A stretch of DNA of 64,000 nt from Tubulanus polymorphus (lineage: Eukaryota > Animalia > Nemertea): contig NC_134031.1 of NCBI RefSeq assembly GCF_964204645.1, positions 868,001 to 932,000 of the forward strand, given 5' to 3'. Numbering within the stretch: position 1 is the first letter of the stretch; each line of letters begins with the position of its first letter. Below the pieces are notes generated by a model. It searched no databases. It saw only the letters and a list, made by a program, of their open reading frames with translations, and had not been told where the DNA came from. This document shows, one piece after another, positions 50,685-64,000 of the stretch. A program made the position numbers and the translations under genes.

Positions 50685-53494
50685 TCAATGCTCAGATTTG
50701 AAACATGTTTCGACTTGTTTGAAATTTGAATCCGTTGCTTTAGATGTTATCCCCAATACGTGTGCCATTGCCTGGTAATCTGCTGTGATAGGAAAACCAT
50801 CGACCACTTTTCCTTTTTCGAAAGCTGAAATTTGAATGATGTCGTTAATAGAAAGCAACGTTTATTCTTCATCGAATTGGTCACGAGTTGATGATATACC
50901 GGGACCCATCGCGAGAAAGATGCCTCCCATATCGGGTAGATTGTTGTCATATCCATGGTTACCGATGTACGAAGCTGCTAACTCCAGAACTGATACAGTA
51001 AGTTTCATGATTGTATTCGAACCTACAAAACCACTATTCAATATCGTATCTACGACCTAGAATGAATGAAAGATGTTGATAATAGTCGGTCGAGATTTTG
51101 TTTGCATTTAAAAAAAAGATTCTTTCGCTGCTATTTAACAGTTCTCTAAATCGGCTGCGATTTGTCGCAAATTGGCGCTAAGGTCGACCGCATAGATGAA
51201 TGAAGAAGTCTCACAATTCAACCACAACGTTTCGGCTGTTGACGAACTACAGCCATCATCAGATAGAATGACCAGAAACAGAAGTGACAATGCGTATAAA
51301 CTCATAAAATTCTTCTATACACTGAATGATTACGTAGATAGGAAGTAACTAAGTAGAGTAGAAGGGGATGGAGATTACAGAGTGACACATAGTGACATTG
51401 ACGAAAATCAGTATGCGACTAGTCTATGTCAGTTGAAAGAGCAGCGTCTAGGTCGGCTGCGACTAGTTGCAAGTGGGGTCACTTGGCAATTACATTCTCA
51501 AGGCTTAACCTTTATTTATACTTACTGGCCAAACGCCTTTAATGAGAATATAACCAGGATCGGCGACTAACAGTATCGGTGGAACGCGAAGATTATTTCT
51601 GAAGTGCCATCGTTTCGGAATGCGGTTTTTGGAGTATATTTTCATGTGGTCCGCCCCCAGAACTGCTTGCTCCTTCCCTGCGACCAAACCCCTGTAAACC
51701 TTTAATAAATGTTTAACGAGTGTTAAAGTGTAAATGAACTACTTATTTCGTGGATTTTCTTTGTGTCTGTATGTTGAGAATAATAATACAAACCCGCTGT
51801 TCGTTTCCATCTTTCGGCCAAACTAAAAGGACCGACCCGACTCCCGGTACTTGATTCTCCAGCGAGCCGAGTATGAAATCGCATTCTTCCACAAGCGGCG
51901 GATAGAGGGCGCTAACATTGATGTACGCGTTGATGATTTTGCTGATATCATTAGCATACAATAGATTCGTCATACCATGATCAGAAACAACCATCACATT
52001 CAAACTGTCCGTCAAATTCGTGTTGCTTTCGATTTTGGTTAAAACGTTGCCGATTATTTTGTCGAATGATTCTAGATGTTCGGCATATTTGCTGGTGTGA
52101 CTTCCATCGTGGTGGCCGTCGTTATCAGTTTGAACCGTATAAACAACTACAAAATATCAATTCTTCATAAATATTTAAACTTATTCAACGCCTCGATCGA
52201 AATGGGACCTAAGAATCATTGTTTAATCGTGACCCTTGGCTAACACCAAGTCCCAAAAAGTCGTGAGTGAAAGTGAACTCTGAATGAAAATCAGTTCATT
52301 TCGGTCAAGTCTTCACTCACAATTGTGGAACTGGGTTCAACTGCATGAAGGTACGGTGTAATGCGAAACCCAGCCATTTTCAGGACTAGGCGAAGATGAT
52401 CCTTGTTACTTGATGTGCCTTGTGGTGGAACTTACTTACCCGCAAAGTCAGCCCGTCCTGTAGCCAAATTATCAACAGCCTCATCGGCGGCTTCGATAAA
52501 CTGTCCTTCAGCTATCGATCGATTTGCGTTGTTTAAACTGCTGTAAGGACGACAAAACGTTGGTCTTACACCGAATATCTTAGCTTCACAACCAGGCCAA
52601 TAATACATATACGATCGTTTACCCTGAATATATAATTCACAATTGCTTCAGCCATCTAGATTCGGTTAGACTGATAGTATTGTTCATATACTTGCTTTTG
52701 ATTCAGAAAAAAAATTTCCTGTATCACACGTAATATTCAGCGGTGTCATATTGGACGTAAAATGGTAGTGACCGCCGACTTTTTACTACTAGCCGCACAG
52801 CACTCTTAGACGTTAGGTGTTATAGTTCTATAGGCAACGGTCAGTTTAACCCAGAAATACCTGTTTTTCAGCAGTAATCCACACTGGTTCTGAATCCTCC
52901 CACCAGAACGATTCAGGCGCTGATTTTTCATTAAACATCGGACATGAGGACTTGTTGCAATGGTTTGGATCGACAAAAAAGTTACCGACAATTCCATGTT
53001 TATCAACATGGTTTCCTAGAATGAAACAGAATGCATTGAAATAAAACATTTTGGTGTAATCAGATATTTCGTAAAGTGTATAATGTAAAGAAGACTTTTT
53101 TAGCAATCATGCAACACAGTGCAGTACAAAATTGATATTTTAGTTCAACTACCCATCTGTACTGGTCATTTTGACACCTTACTGACTGGGTTATGGCAAC
53201 CTATGTCCATTCAATTAAGTTTGAATAGACATTACACTTACCTGTCATCATACTGTAAAAATTCGGCAACGATAAAGTAGGAAAATCAGGAGTTACATAT
53301 TTCGCCCAAACACCGTTCGCTCTTATTCTATCGAAACCCTGAGAGAGTGAAATCGATGGATTGTTGATCGCATAGTGTGGTATTCCATCTAAAACTATAG
53401 TCAGTAATTTACCGCCGCTAGCTCGAATCCCGTCGTATCTAAATCCAAAAAATACCATCCATATTGTTCCCAGTAAACTAAATCTAGGCAGCAT
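50685..53494 (-). CDS. ENPP6: ENPP6-like ectonucleotide pyrophosphatase/phosphodiesterase (alkaline phosphatase superfamily), ~471 aa
   Basis: Exons 53242-53494, 52861-53015, 52440-52623, 51794-52146, 51526-51699, 50900-51056, 50685-50824. Motifs LDG, FPTLSLPNFYSMMTG (Ser nucleophile as in ENPP6), HGIVGN, EPVWITA, YMYYWPGCE, DNDGH, SDHGM, GNHGYDN, FLAMGPAF. AATAAA overlaps the stop codon. One-to-one orthology is not established. Confidence 0.85.
51222..51266 (-). ncRNA. Minimal type-I hammerhead ribozyme motif in an ENPP intron (sense to the transcript)
   Basis: Minus strand: ctat-CTGATGA-t-ggctgt(agttcgtca)acagcc-GAA-ACGT-T-gtgg. Full core, 6-bp helix II, palindromic ACGT helix III. Confidence 0.65.
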
Positions 53495-56340
53495 TTTTAA
53501 ATGTCAGGATTTGTTGTTCAGGTCACTGCATGAAATACGGGTCAAGAGGAAAACAAATGTGAATTTTAACGCAACTAGCAGTTTGTCTATTGTTAACGAT
53601 AGAGTTGCAGTGTCCAGTATTTATCGGAGCTATTATTCCGCCGCAGGTGCACTGCATGATGCACTGCAGCTGGTGTCAGTGAACGCAGTGATAGTATGAC
53701 AATAGACATTAGGTATGTGGTACACGTTTTCAATAATCCCTAACTGTTAATACATACAAAAAATAAAGATTTACCCTCAGCGTCAGCTGGTGCCCGATAA
53801 AGCTGACACTTTCTCGAATTCATTTTAGATTGCAGCACAAGTTTCATCTACTCAAAATTGATTGAAATTATGAAATCAAATAATATTCCTGCCCTTCAGG
53901 TACAATCAATGATCTAAAACATGAATTTTTTGTTCCGAGTGTTGATCCAGCAAAAAGAAAATCGGCGAAAATCTAAATACAGCTTTTTTGGTTGTAAAAG
54001 TGAATTCGTATCATTAGATGGTCTATACTGATTTATAAAACCAATATGGTATAGTACGCGTGCGAAAAATGTGCCGAAAAAATTTTGTAATTGGTGAATA
54101 TTGCGCCGGGAGATGTTATGGCTCTTTCTGTCCTAGGAAAAAGATCGTAATTTTATCACCCTAGATAAAAATACCCTACTGAAACGTTCGTCGTTTCGGA
54201 TTTGCTGAGTAAGTTTGAGATTTATGTTAACACAGTCAGCGATAGCGAGAACATGGTCGAGCCGGCGACCGACTCCTGGTAGTCAGCGTTAGTAGAGTGC
54301 GCCGTATGGAGAATGTAGTAAACACTTTCGGTTCAGCGAGAAGCGATGTTTGGATAAACGGCGTTTTTTAATCATGATTCATAACTGGAACACGCGTAGT
54401 AAACTATAGGAATATTAACAGCGAGAAGATAGCTGTTTATTACAGACAGTATTTATTACAAACACGGCTGAATTCGTGTATTTAACGACTGAGGAAAAAA
54501 GAAAGGTAATCACGAGAAACAACAACCGGTTGATTAATTGAATTCAATTAATTGTTTATTTACGCTTATCAAACAACTAAACTATGACTCCTCGGTAATA
54601 TAAGAATATAGGAAGCATATAGTATATGTAGTATTTGTGCTGCTGAAAATTTTTGATTTATTTGGGCTATGCAGTTGACAGTTGAAAGTGGATAAACTAC
54701 AGGCATGACTGGGCCGGGGCCCTTCACACTTCAGCCTTGGCTTTAGGCCCTCCACTCATCAGGCAGGCAGGGGCAGATTCGCTCAGGTCTGCTGGTTGAA
54801 CTAAGTTTGTTTTAGTTATGTGACTCGGCAGGATACGTGTCCCTAAATCTTGGCTAACATGTGTTGGTATTGGTTTGGTAGGGCGGAGTCCCTTCCTGAA
54901 ATGAGTGCGGGGAGGGGGGTGACCCACAACCGAGTCCTGCTGGTGCTGGTAAAATGTCAAACTATTTCAATAATTCAGTAGAAGCCTGTAGGTGGTAGTT
55001 TCACTAGGCTTGACTTCAGAGTCAATTAGGCCTATTTAAACCAATGACTGTGAACTGTGAGTCCTGTCCTAAGTCTTGGTGTATTGAATCTTTATGTATT
55101 GATTATTGAAACTACTTCAACTTATTTCTAATGAACGGTCTATTATTTATTGTCCACCATCTGTTTATTAAGAACTGTTGAAATTGTATAGTTTTAATTT
55201 TTAAGTCATTCGAGTTTGTAGTTTAGTGTATGAATTGTTTTGTAGGCTGTTGTAGGGTAGGGTCTTATTGCGCTGTATTATTTCAAAGTAATGATAAATT
55301 GATAAGTTATTTGTACACCTGTCAACATTCCAGTGTTATCAAACAGAAATGCTTACCACCGACCGCTGCCAGTATAGTCAGTTTTACTGAGTCTTCAGTT
55401 ATAATCGCTACAAGATCATCATTATTTTCAATGAACGCCATAAATTTTATAGCAACCTTAATATTTTGAAAATCATATTTCAAAGTAACTTGAATGATAA
55501 ATATTCATAGAAAAAAATTACATTTGCTGTATTATATAAGTTGAGTGAATAATGAATTTGATACTATACCATCTGACGTATTGTTGTGCAGGGTTTGACA
55601 GACCTATATATGTGTGTTACTAGTTTCTATATGGTTAGATATCAATTTTACATCAGTTCTTCCAGCTGGTTAAATTATAGATCAAAAATAAAAACGCAAA
55701 GCGAGTATTTATTCAATATGTGAATGTAGGTTTTATATTTCAATAATTTCTACATATTTTATTGACTTTAACAGTCAATTTACAGTTTTATTTCATTTAC
55801 ACTGATATTTCATATTTCAATAATAGTTTTTTTTGGAATTTTTATCAAAATCAAATCTGGGTCAAATTAGATTCACTGAGAAATCACTCGCTCGTTACTG
55901 AAATGCTTCACACAGAATGATTGGAGGACCTGTGCTATAATTTGGCATGATGGACCTCCTCTGGCGTTTTTAGTTGGGCCAAATTTGGTTTGTGTCCCAT
56001 TTGGTACCTGCCTGACCAGTTGGCTCGGGTTTCGACTCGGAACTGTTGAACTGGTTACAGATCATTCTCCGAGGCTTATTATGTAAACCACACCTTTGAT
56101 TTCTATATCAATCTGTTTAGAATGTCAGAAATGAAGATCTAAATAAATCTATCGCGGAGTCACAGAAAAAGCCTCTTCGGCGTTGAATGAATGCAGCGTT
56201 AGCAAATATCCGCTAGAATTTATATCAATTATTAATTCCTGTTTCGGAACCTGTTGAAAATATTTGATGAAAATTTCCTGAATTTGTTAAATGGTTTTAG
56301 TTGTTAAATGTTAGTATTTTACATCTGACTATGAGCATCT

Positions 56341-56387
56341 CTCACAGTCTCTCCCCCTCTCTCTCTCTCTCTCCTCTCTCCTCTCTC

Positions 56388-56423
<36 letters not shown>

Positions 56424-56455
56424 CTCCTCTCTCTCTCTCTCCTCTCCTCTCTCCT
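56341..56455. repeat. Imperfect (CT)n microsatellite
   Basis: Directly visible; a shorter one lies at ~12593-12625. Confidence 0.95.
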
Positions 56456-57707
56456 TTCAATTTTAAGCACCTCCCTCTGCGTACTCAGAGGTGACTACAT
56501 TTATTGGAGTATTTTCAAACTGTCAGACAAGAGGGTAGCATTGTTCCGTGTTGTCATGGTGATTTCGGTCAATTGGTATGTTTGATACGTGTATTATTGG
56601 AAGTTTAAAATGTTTCTCTAATTGCTGCTGTCGTTGTTCCTTGCTGTAGTTAATGACAGGTGTCTGATGTCAAGATGTCTGACATTTTTTGGTGTATGTA
56701 CAGACTTATGTACAGGTCTATGTATATTCGAAAGGATCCATAACTTTTCCTTAAGTACTTCCTCCAGTCGTCCTTACAGTTATTTTACAGTTTTAAACTT
56801 TCCCCTTCCCTCTTGAATTAATGTTCATTTATGATTAATAGATTGACACCCTAGGTCAACTATATACTGAGTCGTTTGAAGCTATTTCATCAAGCACTTT
56901 TTAAACATCTTCCCTCTATTTCGTTATGTCCCTTGAGACCTCTCCCCCCTCTTCCTGTATTCATATATATGTATTATATATCTCCTCTTTCTCTCTCCTC
57001 TCTCTCTCCCAATATCTATCAATGATAACTTGTTAATATACATGTTAGTAATTGAAGTGTAATGTTAGTATGTTTTATATTGATAACACTGAGAGGAGGA
57101 TGTTCTGAACACTTGTATTCGAGTGATCATCGCTTAAAGCGATCAATTTAAAAAAAATACATCTCTGATGTCAAGTTGTTCTAAATCTAATTTCACTGGT
57201 AGCGATCGTGCAGTGATCAGGGTATATAGTTCTAGACCATTGAGCGAAACTGAGTTCCACACTCATAGCTTATCAACGTAGAGTTTGGGCGTCGCGACGG
57301 ATTCTGATGAAAAGTGCTATTTCTGGAAAGGATTTAGGAAAAGGCCTCGATGCTTGCTTTTATGTCATTACGGGAATGTTTTATCGCGGTCTATCATGAC
57401 TTTGTAGTTTTGCAGTTGTTACTTTCAAAATAGATTTTGAATTAGATGATAAATGCATTATTACTGAATTATTGACAATACAAGCTGAGCTAGTGTTTGT
57501 ATTGAGGATCAGTACTCTGAAATTATGGATACGTAGGATATTGTATGAGTTCCATTGTCTCAATTTAGACTTAAGACCAGTCTAAGAAAGAAAGACAATC
57601 GTAGTTCTACCATCAGCCGATGTAACAACGTAAGAAAAGCGTTAAGATTTAAAAACACTTTTTTCAATGAAGTCTCGATGGATGTTTTTTTTTCTATTTC
57701 AGATAAG

Positions 57708-60700
57708 ATGCTGATGTTAGCGGTATTATTCGTACTGATTCAGTCGATGAGCGCCACCTCCGTTCCTGTTTATTTCCCTTCGAACTCATCTAATTTACAA
57801 ATCTCGTCGTCGACTCTGGATTTACAAACTCTGACGTCGTTTAGTTTCCGTACATGCAGCACGTCTGGACTGATTCTCAGTCAGACCGGAACGAGCGGTG
57901 ATTACTTTCACGTTTACCTGACGCCCGTCGGTGGTTTAACGTTTGACTCACGAGGTGGCGCTAGCGTCTCTAGCGTAAACCTCGGGCGCGGGTTTAATGA
58001 TAATAACTGGTACGTGTTTCGGATGGAATCGTCGCTGGGGAATATTACGGCGAGCGTTAGTTCCGGTTCCGTGTCGCTAGGTAGCGCTGTTTTAGCTACG
58101 GGTACGCTGCGTCGGTATCTATGGAATATAAATCTATCCGGTGGACCGATGATTGTAGGTAACGGGTTCGTCGGTTGTCTAATAGAGGGCCCCGGTGTTC
58201 CGATCAGTTCATTTACCGCAAATAATGGCGTACAGATGAATCAATGTCCGCTCGAGAATCAAATCAGTTGTCGTGAGTATCTTTATTTTCCTTGAGGTAC
58301 CGGTACGATCCACCAGGTGTCGCTAGTGGTTACTCAATTTCAACTACATTTTGGTTACTTTCAAGCTGACTCTTCCAATGAGTAAAATCAGTATAACATT
58401 CAGTGGAAAAGTGAAAAGCTTCAATCACGACCTGTTTGTCGGATTTCTAAAAAAAACAGTCCAAATTTCAACGAAAATCGACCAATTTTCTATGCAAATA
58501 TCCCGGGGCTGGTTTTATAGACTGGTATTATCTTTAACCCGGGGGCTTAGTCGATTCATTTTCAATTAAGTTAGTCCCAGCTGTCTGCAAAACCGAAACC
58601 CTGTGTATTGTAACGCCATCTAGCGGGCGTCGCCAGTATCTCAAGAAATTAAATTCATCGATTTTTTATTTCAATACATACGATACACTGAACGTTCAAT
58701 CTTGTATTTTAATTGCAGCGAATTTGGATATAGTAAACGACTGCTGGAGCGCCCCCTGTAAGTTCGGCGGTACTTGTATCGATCGTTTCAGGTCGTTTAC
58801 GTGTAAATGTTTACCGTCGTATAACGGCACGACGTGTGAGACTTATATCGGTAAGAGACAGCGGTCGCGATCTAAACTATTAAACAATCAAACTCGGTTT
58901 AATCGCTGTAGTCTGATCACCTGATTGTCGACTGATCAAAATGATGCTAAATAAATCGAATTGGAATTACAAATTGAGACTTGACATAAAAACGACTTAC
59001 ACTTTGGGACTCAAATTAGAAATATGTGACGACTTATGGCGACTTCACCGAGTTTGACTGTTATCAGCAACTGCCTGTGCAACAGGTCTGAACTGCTATT
59101 TTTAAAATTGCATCTTGCTAGATTATTAAATATTATAATGATTAATATTTTTAAACGTAAGCGCATGGCTGGCGATCTGCATAATGTTTTCATAAAACTG
59201 CTGATATATCATACAACTGCTGATATATCATAAAACTGCTGATATATCATAAAACTGCTGATATATCATACAACTGCTGATATATCATAAAACTGTTGAT
59301 ATATCATACAACTGTTGATATATCATACAACTGTTGATATATCATACAACTGCTGATAGAGTCATTGTTTCAATTTAATAATTGTCTTTATTCATTAAAT
59401 TAACTGAATATGTATTATATATGCATGTAGGCTCGAATCCAATCAGTGGACCTAACGGTAATTATTACTCACTGCAACCATTAGGGGGCAGTGTTATATA
59501 CCTCAATTCCTCCTAGATATTTTCATCTAACAATCAATTTGTTTTTTTGTGTGTGTTCTAATCATCTATTCTGCTCAAATCGGGTCAAATATCTTATATG
59601 AAAAACTCAATTCTTGTGAGTTTTTTTTTGTTGATTATATAATCTCGGGACCCAAATGACTAGGAACTACAGTTGGCTACGCTGTCTCTCGCAACTAAAG
59701 CAATTCCCTGAGGCAGTTAATCAATCCGGGGGGCGAGTGGTGATGGGTCATTTATATTTTGTTCAGAGGGGCACGTGATAATCTGAGACTCCTTTAGCCA
59801 GCGCAGTCTAATGTTTGTAGAGGGTAGATATCAGTATTCATTGTATATCATCCTCCCTCTGCAGGGACTCGAACCTGATGGCATCGCTACACTCAGCCAC
59901 GGCACGAACCCCTGCATCAGTAGACCGGGTGCGCAGGTACATGGGCAGCTTTCCCAACGAAAACTTGCGGCACCAATCAGATTGCTCGTTGTATAATCGT
60001 TGAGGCAAATTTCAAGGAAGAACTATAAATGGGAAAACCCGGGCTAAAATAAATTGGGACTTCTGATTGGCTAAAAATCACATCACCTGAACTGCGCATG
60101 TATCTGCGCACACGGTCGATTATGGCAGGGTTTCGTGCCGTGGCAATCTCGATGCCATCAGGTTCGAATCCCTGCCGGGGGAGGATGATTGTATATAGAC
60201 TTCGATTGATGTATCATTCTACTCACACATGCATTCACCTCTACAGTTCAACTGACTTGAATATCATGCATTTGACACTTGATTTTGAACATGTTATTTT
60301 ATTCCTAGTGTCGAGTAAGAAAATTGCATAGAAATCAGTTTTATGATATAGCCTTTACACTTGACAAGTAATTGAGCAAAAATTGTATTTGAAATGGTTT
60401 TATTTTGATTATAGAAATAGCACTAACTCTATACATTAAAGTGAGCAGTCAGTTGAAATTATTAGTGGTCTTAGTAAACAAACTGACACATTCCTCAGTA
60501 GATAAAATCCATACTTGAGTAAATACAATCACTATTAGAAACACTACTGCCATATTTCAATAACTAACTCAGTGGTTTTCTTTACCTCAGGGAATTGATT
60601 CATTTTATTTTCATTATGCCGTGTATAGATTAGAAACTGACTGACCCTACTACCCGCTGATAATTCCTGTCATCTTAGAAAGCTAATGCTGATTTCCTAT

Positions 60701-63700
60701 TTCATATCTACTTCGTGTTTTATGTTTGGCTGATTTTTATTTAATGTATATATTCACATGTGCTTTAATTCGTTTGACTCTATATCAAGCTGCCATTATG
60801 TACACGTACATGTATTATGTTGTTTGTAGGTATCGTGTTTCACTAATTAACATCTAAATTAATTCAGCTCATTAATTGATTCTGTTTTCTGTGTGATTTT
60901 TCGGTAAAAGTCTTTCAGGTCTTTTCTTACCAATTCTGTGATAATTAATAAGCTATCAGGGGTTTGAGTCCTGTAGAAATGTATAGCTTTGGTGTATGTT
61001 CTTAAACCTCATCCTCCCTAGCTAACCCACTAATCCCCCCTCTTTTGTTTGATTTCTATGAAAGTGCTTTCGTGATTTTATTTCCAATGACCATACACAG
61101 GTTTCAATTTGATAACAAGAATCAATTCTTTCCCAGTCACAGGATATAAATCTGTAAAAATGACCCTCAAATAATCATTGTATATTGTCAAATAATTTGC
61201 TTCTCATGTTTATATTCAGTGCAATGAAATAAATACTGATATATACTACTGATGATTTTTCACTATGAGTTGTTTGTTATGAAAGCATCAGGGGCATGTT
61301 TTATAAGACCAGTTTCAAACTGATTAAAGCTATGATTTCTGGTCAGTTGAAGTAAACAAACAGTCACATGACTGGTCATAGAATGATCTGTTTGGTCTAA
61401 AGCTGTCTTGAATAATCAGGCCAACGCTAGGGTAAGTATGTTTACAAACCCTAGCTGTTATTGGTCTAGAGTTGGTCACCTGATGTAAACAAACAGCCCT
61501 CACTCTAACCCTAGCTGTGATTGGCTAGAACTGGTCACCTGATGTCAACAAACCATTGACCCTAGGGTTTTGATTGGTCTGTTATCGTCTAATTTGAATA
61601 ATGAGGCCAAAGCTAGGGTTAGTACGTTAAATAACCCTAGCTGTTATTGGTCTAGGACTGGTCACCTGATGTTAACAAACTGGCCACACCTGGGGTTAGT
61701 ATGGTTGATTGACCCTAGGGTTTTGATCGGTCTGCGATCATCTAATTTGAATAAACAGGCCAAAGCTAGGGTTAGCATGGTTTACTAACCCTAGTTCTAA
61801 TTGGTCTCGAGCTGGTCACCTGATGTATAGAAATAATGAATCAAACTGCAGAAGTTCAAAATCAAACTTCAGTAGTAACAAATCATGATTAGGCAACTAA
61901 TAAAATCGGACACAGTTATTTTCATAATCGACCATTTCTAACCGCTCTGATTGTTGTGTTATTAAACTGTAAAGTACCCGGTGAATGGTTCATGAAATTC
62001 CAACCTAAAAAGCTGTTTCATAAATACGTACATACTTCTACGAGAGACTATGTATAGAATAGACACGTTTGTGTGAGAATAAAGCTGTTAAGTGGCTGTT
62101 CATTGAAATATGTGTCGTCTCGCTATATTTGTACTTAGTGTCAAGATCATGCATGAACGACATAATATTCTCGAACAAAATAACTGGAAATGACGTCGTT
62201 TGAAACATTTTGATATCTACGATATATTTTGTAATATTCATAATTCCCCAAAATCTTATAGTAGTCCGGTCTATATTAGAGATATCAGGAAGTTCGGTCT
62301 GCAAAATTACATCATATCACAAAATATCTATCAACTTCTTTTTAACAGTTTCGAGTGTTCTGAAATGAGACATTTTTCTCTGATATTTTTTCCTGTTCAA
62401 AATGTCACTGGAATATGATGGTATATATATATATATATATATTGTGTTTGCAGGTCAACTTGGTTGTTCGATAAAACCGTGTCTGAACGGCGGAACCTGT
62501 AAACCTGACACTAATGTAGACTATGTATGTCAATGCACTGCAGGTAATGTTACATTCGCTATGAAATATAATCTGTGCGAATTCTTTCCAATCTTGAGTC
62601 AAATATTGATTAAATATTCCGCCTCTCGAGAGAAATCAATCTTCTCAAACAATATGTAACGTCTTATGAAATTTAAATGACTTCAGGAGCCGTTCATTTC
62701 AAGTACATAGGAATCCATGGGAGGAGAGGGATAAACAATGGGATACCTAAATGAATACTTATAACTAAGTACTTGCAGGAGTCTCCAAAATTTTCCATAC
62801 ATACTTCATGTAAAGCCCGCCTGAATATCTACTAGTGAATGAGATGCTCAAAAAAATTTTGGATTTGATTTTAAACTTTCATGACATTGTTTTATTATAT
62901 CTCGGTTGTCTTGGATACAACCTTAACTATGAAATACCTCGAATTTCGCTGGTTTCAGTTGAAGATAATGTTAATGAATTGTTTTGCAGCTTACAGCGGC
63001 AGAAATTGTCAAACAAAAATCAACTATTGCGGTTCGTCGCCGTGTAAGAACAGAGGAATCTGTTCCGATCAACCGAGTAACTATACGTGTAGCTGTGCTG
63101 GAACAGGTACAGTCAAACATCAATCCCTTCGCACTGTGAATAAAAAGAGTCTGAAATGTCTTCTTGAGTTCAGTGTTTCAATTATATTATTTCAATTATA
63201 GTTGTCGTCTTCGGTTAGATAATTCAGTTGTAACCTCAGTACCTGGTATTCCTGAAGATGACTATTAGGATAGTCAATGTTTAGTAAGCTACCTTTAGCT
63301 CGAGGAAACATTTTTGACTGTTATTTTTTTCATGTATTTCCTGTTTTAGCTTTGTACATGTTTTAATTATTGATGATTGCGTTTGCGTTTCAGGATACGG
63401 AGGATCGCAGTGCACTAATAACATCAATGAATGTTTGAACAATCCCTGCCAGAATCAAGCACCGTGCGTTGATATGCCTGGTACATATATATGTAATTGT
63501 CCTCCCGGATATACAGGACAGAATTGTGAAATGGTACGTCATTCTACCAAAAAATCATCATCAAGACTTATCTTTCATTATATTAACTTCCCGAGGACAT
63601 TGCTATAAAATGAAAACTGATGCAGGCTTTATTTATTCGGTAGAATGTGACTAAATGTATGTCGAGTCCATGTCGTAATGGAGGAGTATGTACAGACAGT

Positions 63701-63854
63701 GGAAACTCTTATAACTGCACATGTCCTAATGGATTTACGGGTAGAAACTGTGAGAATGATGTAAATGATTGTTTGGGCGTCACTTGTGCTGCTAATAGAG
63801 AATGCATCGATATGAATAACACTTATTCCTGTAACTGTAAAACAAACTTCACCG
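57708..63854 (+). CDS. crb: Crumbs, 5' portion (signal peptide, N-terminal LamG-like domain, EGF repeats); continues beyond the window
   Basis: Exons 57708-58272, 58719-58850, 62454-62543, 62990-63106, 63394-63533, 63644-63854. The N-terminal domain carries FSFRTC, NDNNWY, LGNI and [15 protein letters not shown]...CPL, matching the N-terminal domain I recall for invertebrate Crumbs, followed by tandem EGF repeats. Confidence 0.85.
59191..59358. repeat. 19-bp minisatellite, ~9 copies (cata[a/c]aactg[c/t]tgatatat)
   Basis: Directly visible tandem array in a crumbs intron; unit junctions form the palindrome tgatatatca. Confidence 0.95.
59845..60195. mobile_element. Long-TIR fold-back element, or two inverted SINE copies, in a crumbs intron
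   Basis: ~105-bp imperfect inverted repeat (59845-59950 vs 60090-60195), each arm with a B-box-like ggttcga(a/g)tccc; the spacer has ccaatcag/ctgattgg. Confidence 0.7.
61375..61830. repeat. Degenerate composite tandem repeat (~3 units of roughly 160 bp)
   Basis: Recurrent aggccaaagctagggttag...aaccctagctgttattggtctag...ggtcacctgatgt. Confidence 0.75.
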
Positions 63855-64000
63855 GTAAGTCCTTATAACTGACACCTTCTAACTGACAGTCACTGTGTCA
63901 GTGTTAACTCTGAACTCAGGATCCAGTTCCACAGTTGTGAGTTAGAGCTAACTCTGAACTCTGGATGCAGTAGTCCTTTACAGTTGTGAGAATTTGAGTT

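Noticed and set aside
56301-56585. Ser/Leu-rich ORF
   Set aside because: Product of the (CT)n microsatellite.
61375-61830. Telomere-like tagggtta/taacccta motifs
   Set aside because: Isolated motifs within a longer repeat unit, not tandem telomeric arrays.

Overview
This is AT-rich, intron-containing animal genomic DNA, most likely from a marine invertebrate; the species cannot be determined from the sequence. All exon coordinates were assembled by hand from GT-AG junctions and reading-frame continuity. From left to right the window holds: (1) the 3' half of agrin (+, 1-16904; laminin-EGF, Kazal, three LamG domains); (2) two intronless class-A orphan GPCR paralogs (-), duplicated together with a piece of the agrin last exon; (3) two intact 24-exon tandem copies (-, 24964-36642 and 37776-49919), plus a third decayed remnant, of a ~1,700-aa type-I membrane mosaic lectin (signal peptide, 2 PAN/apple, 7 F-type-lectin domains, C-type lectin, kringle, TM), each copy with an antisense intronic tRNA-Phe(GAA); (4) an ENPP6-like phosphodiesterase (-); (5) the 5' part of crumbs (+). 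Four observations stand out. A complete EPN/WND C-type lectin domain is nested inside an F-type lectin domain, at the loop where the fucose-binding motif normally lies. The two receptor paralogs are almost identical except in the PAN and C-type-lectin modules. A 42-nt basic candidate cassette exon ([14 protein letters not shown]) sits exactly at the position of the vertebrate agrin y/KSRK heparin-binding insert. A MITE supplies the C-terminal tail of one GPCR. Penelope-type hammerhead ribozyme motifs, MITEs, a tRNA-derived element and minisatellites occur in introns.
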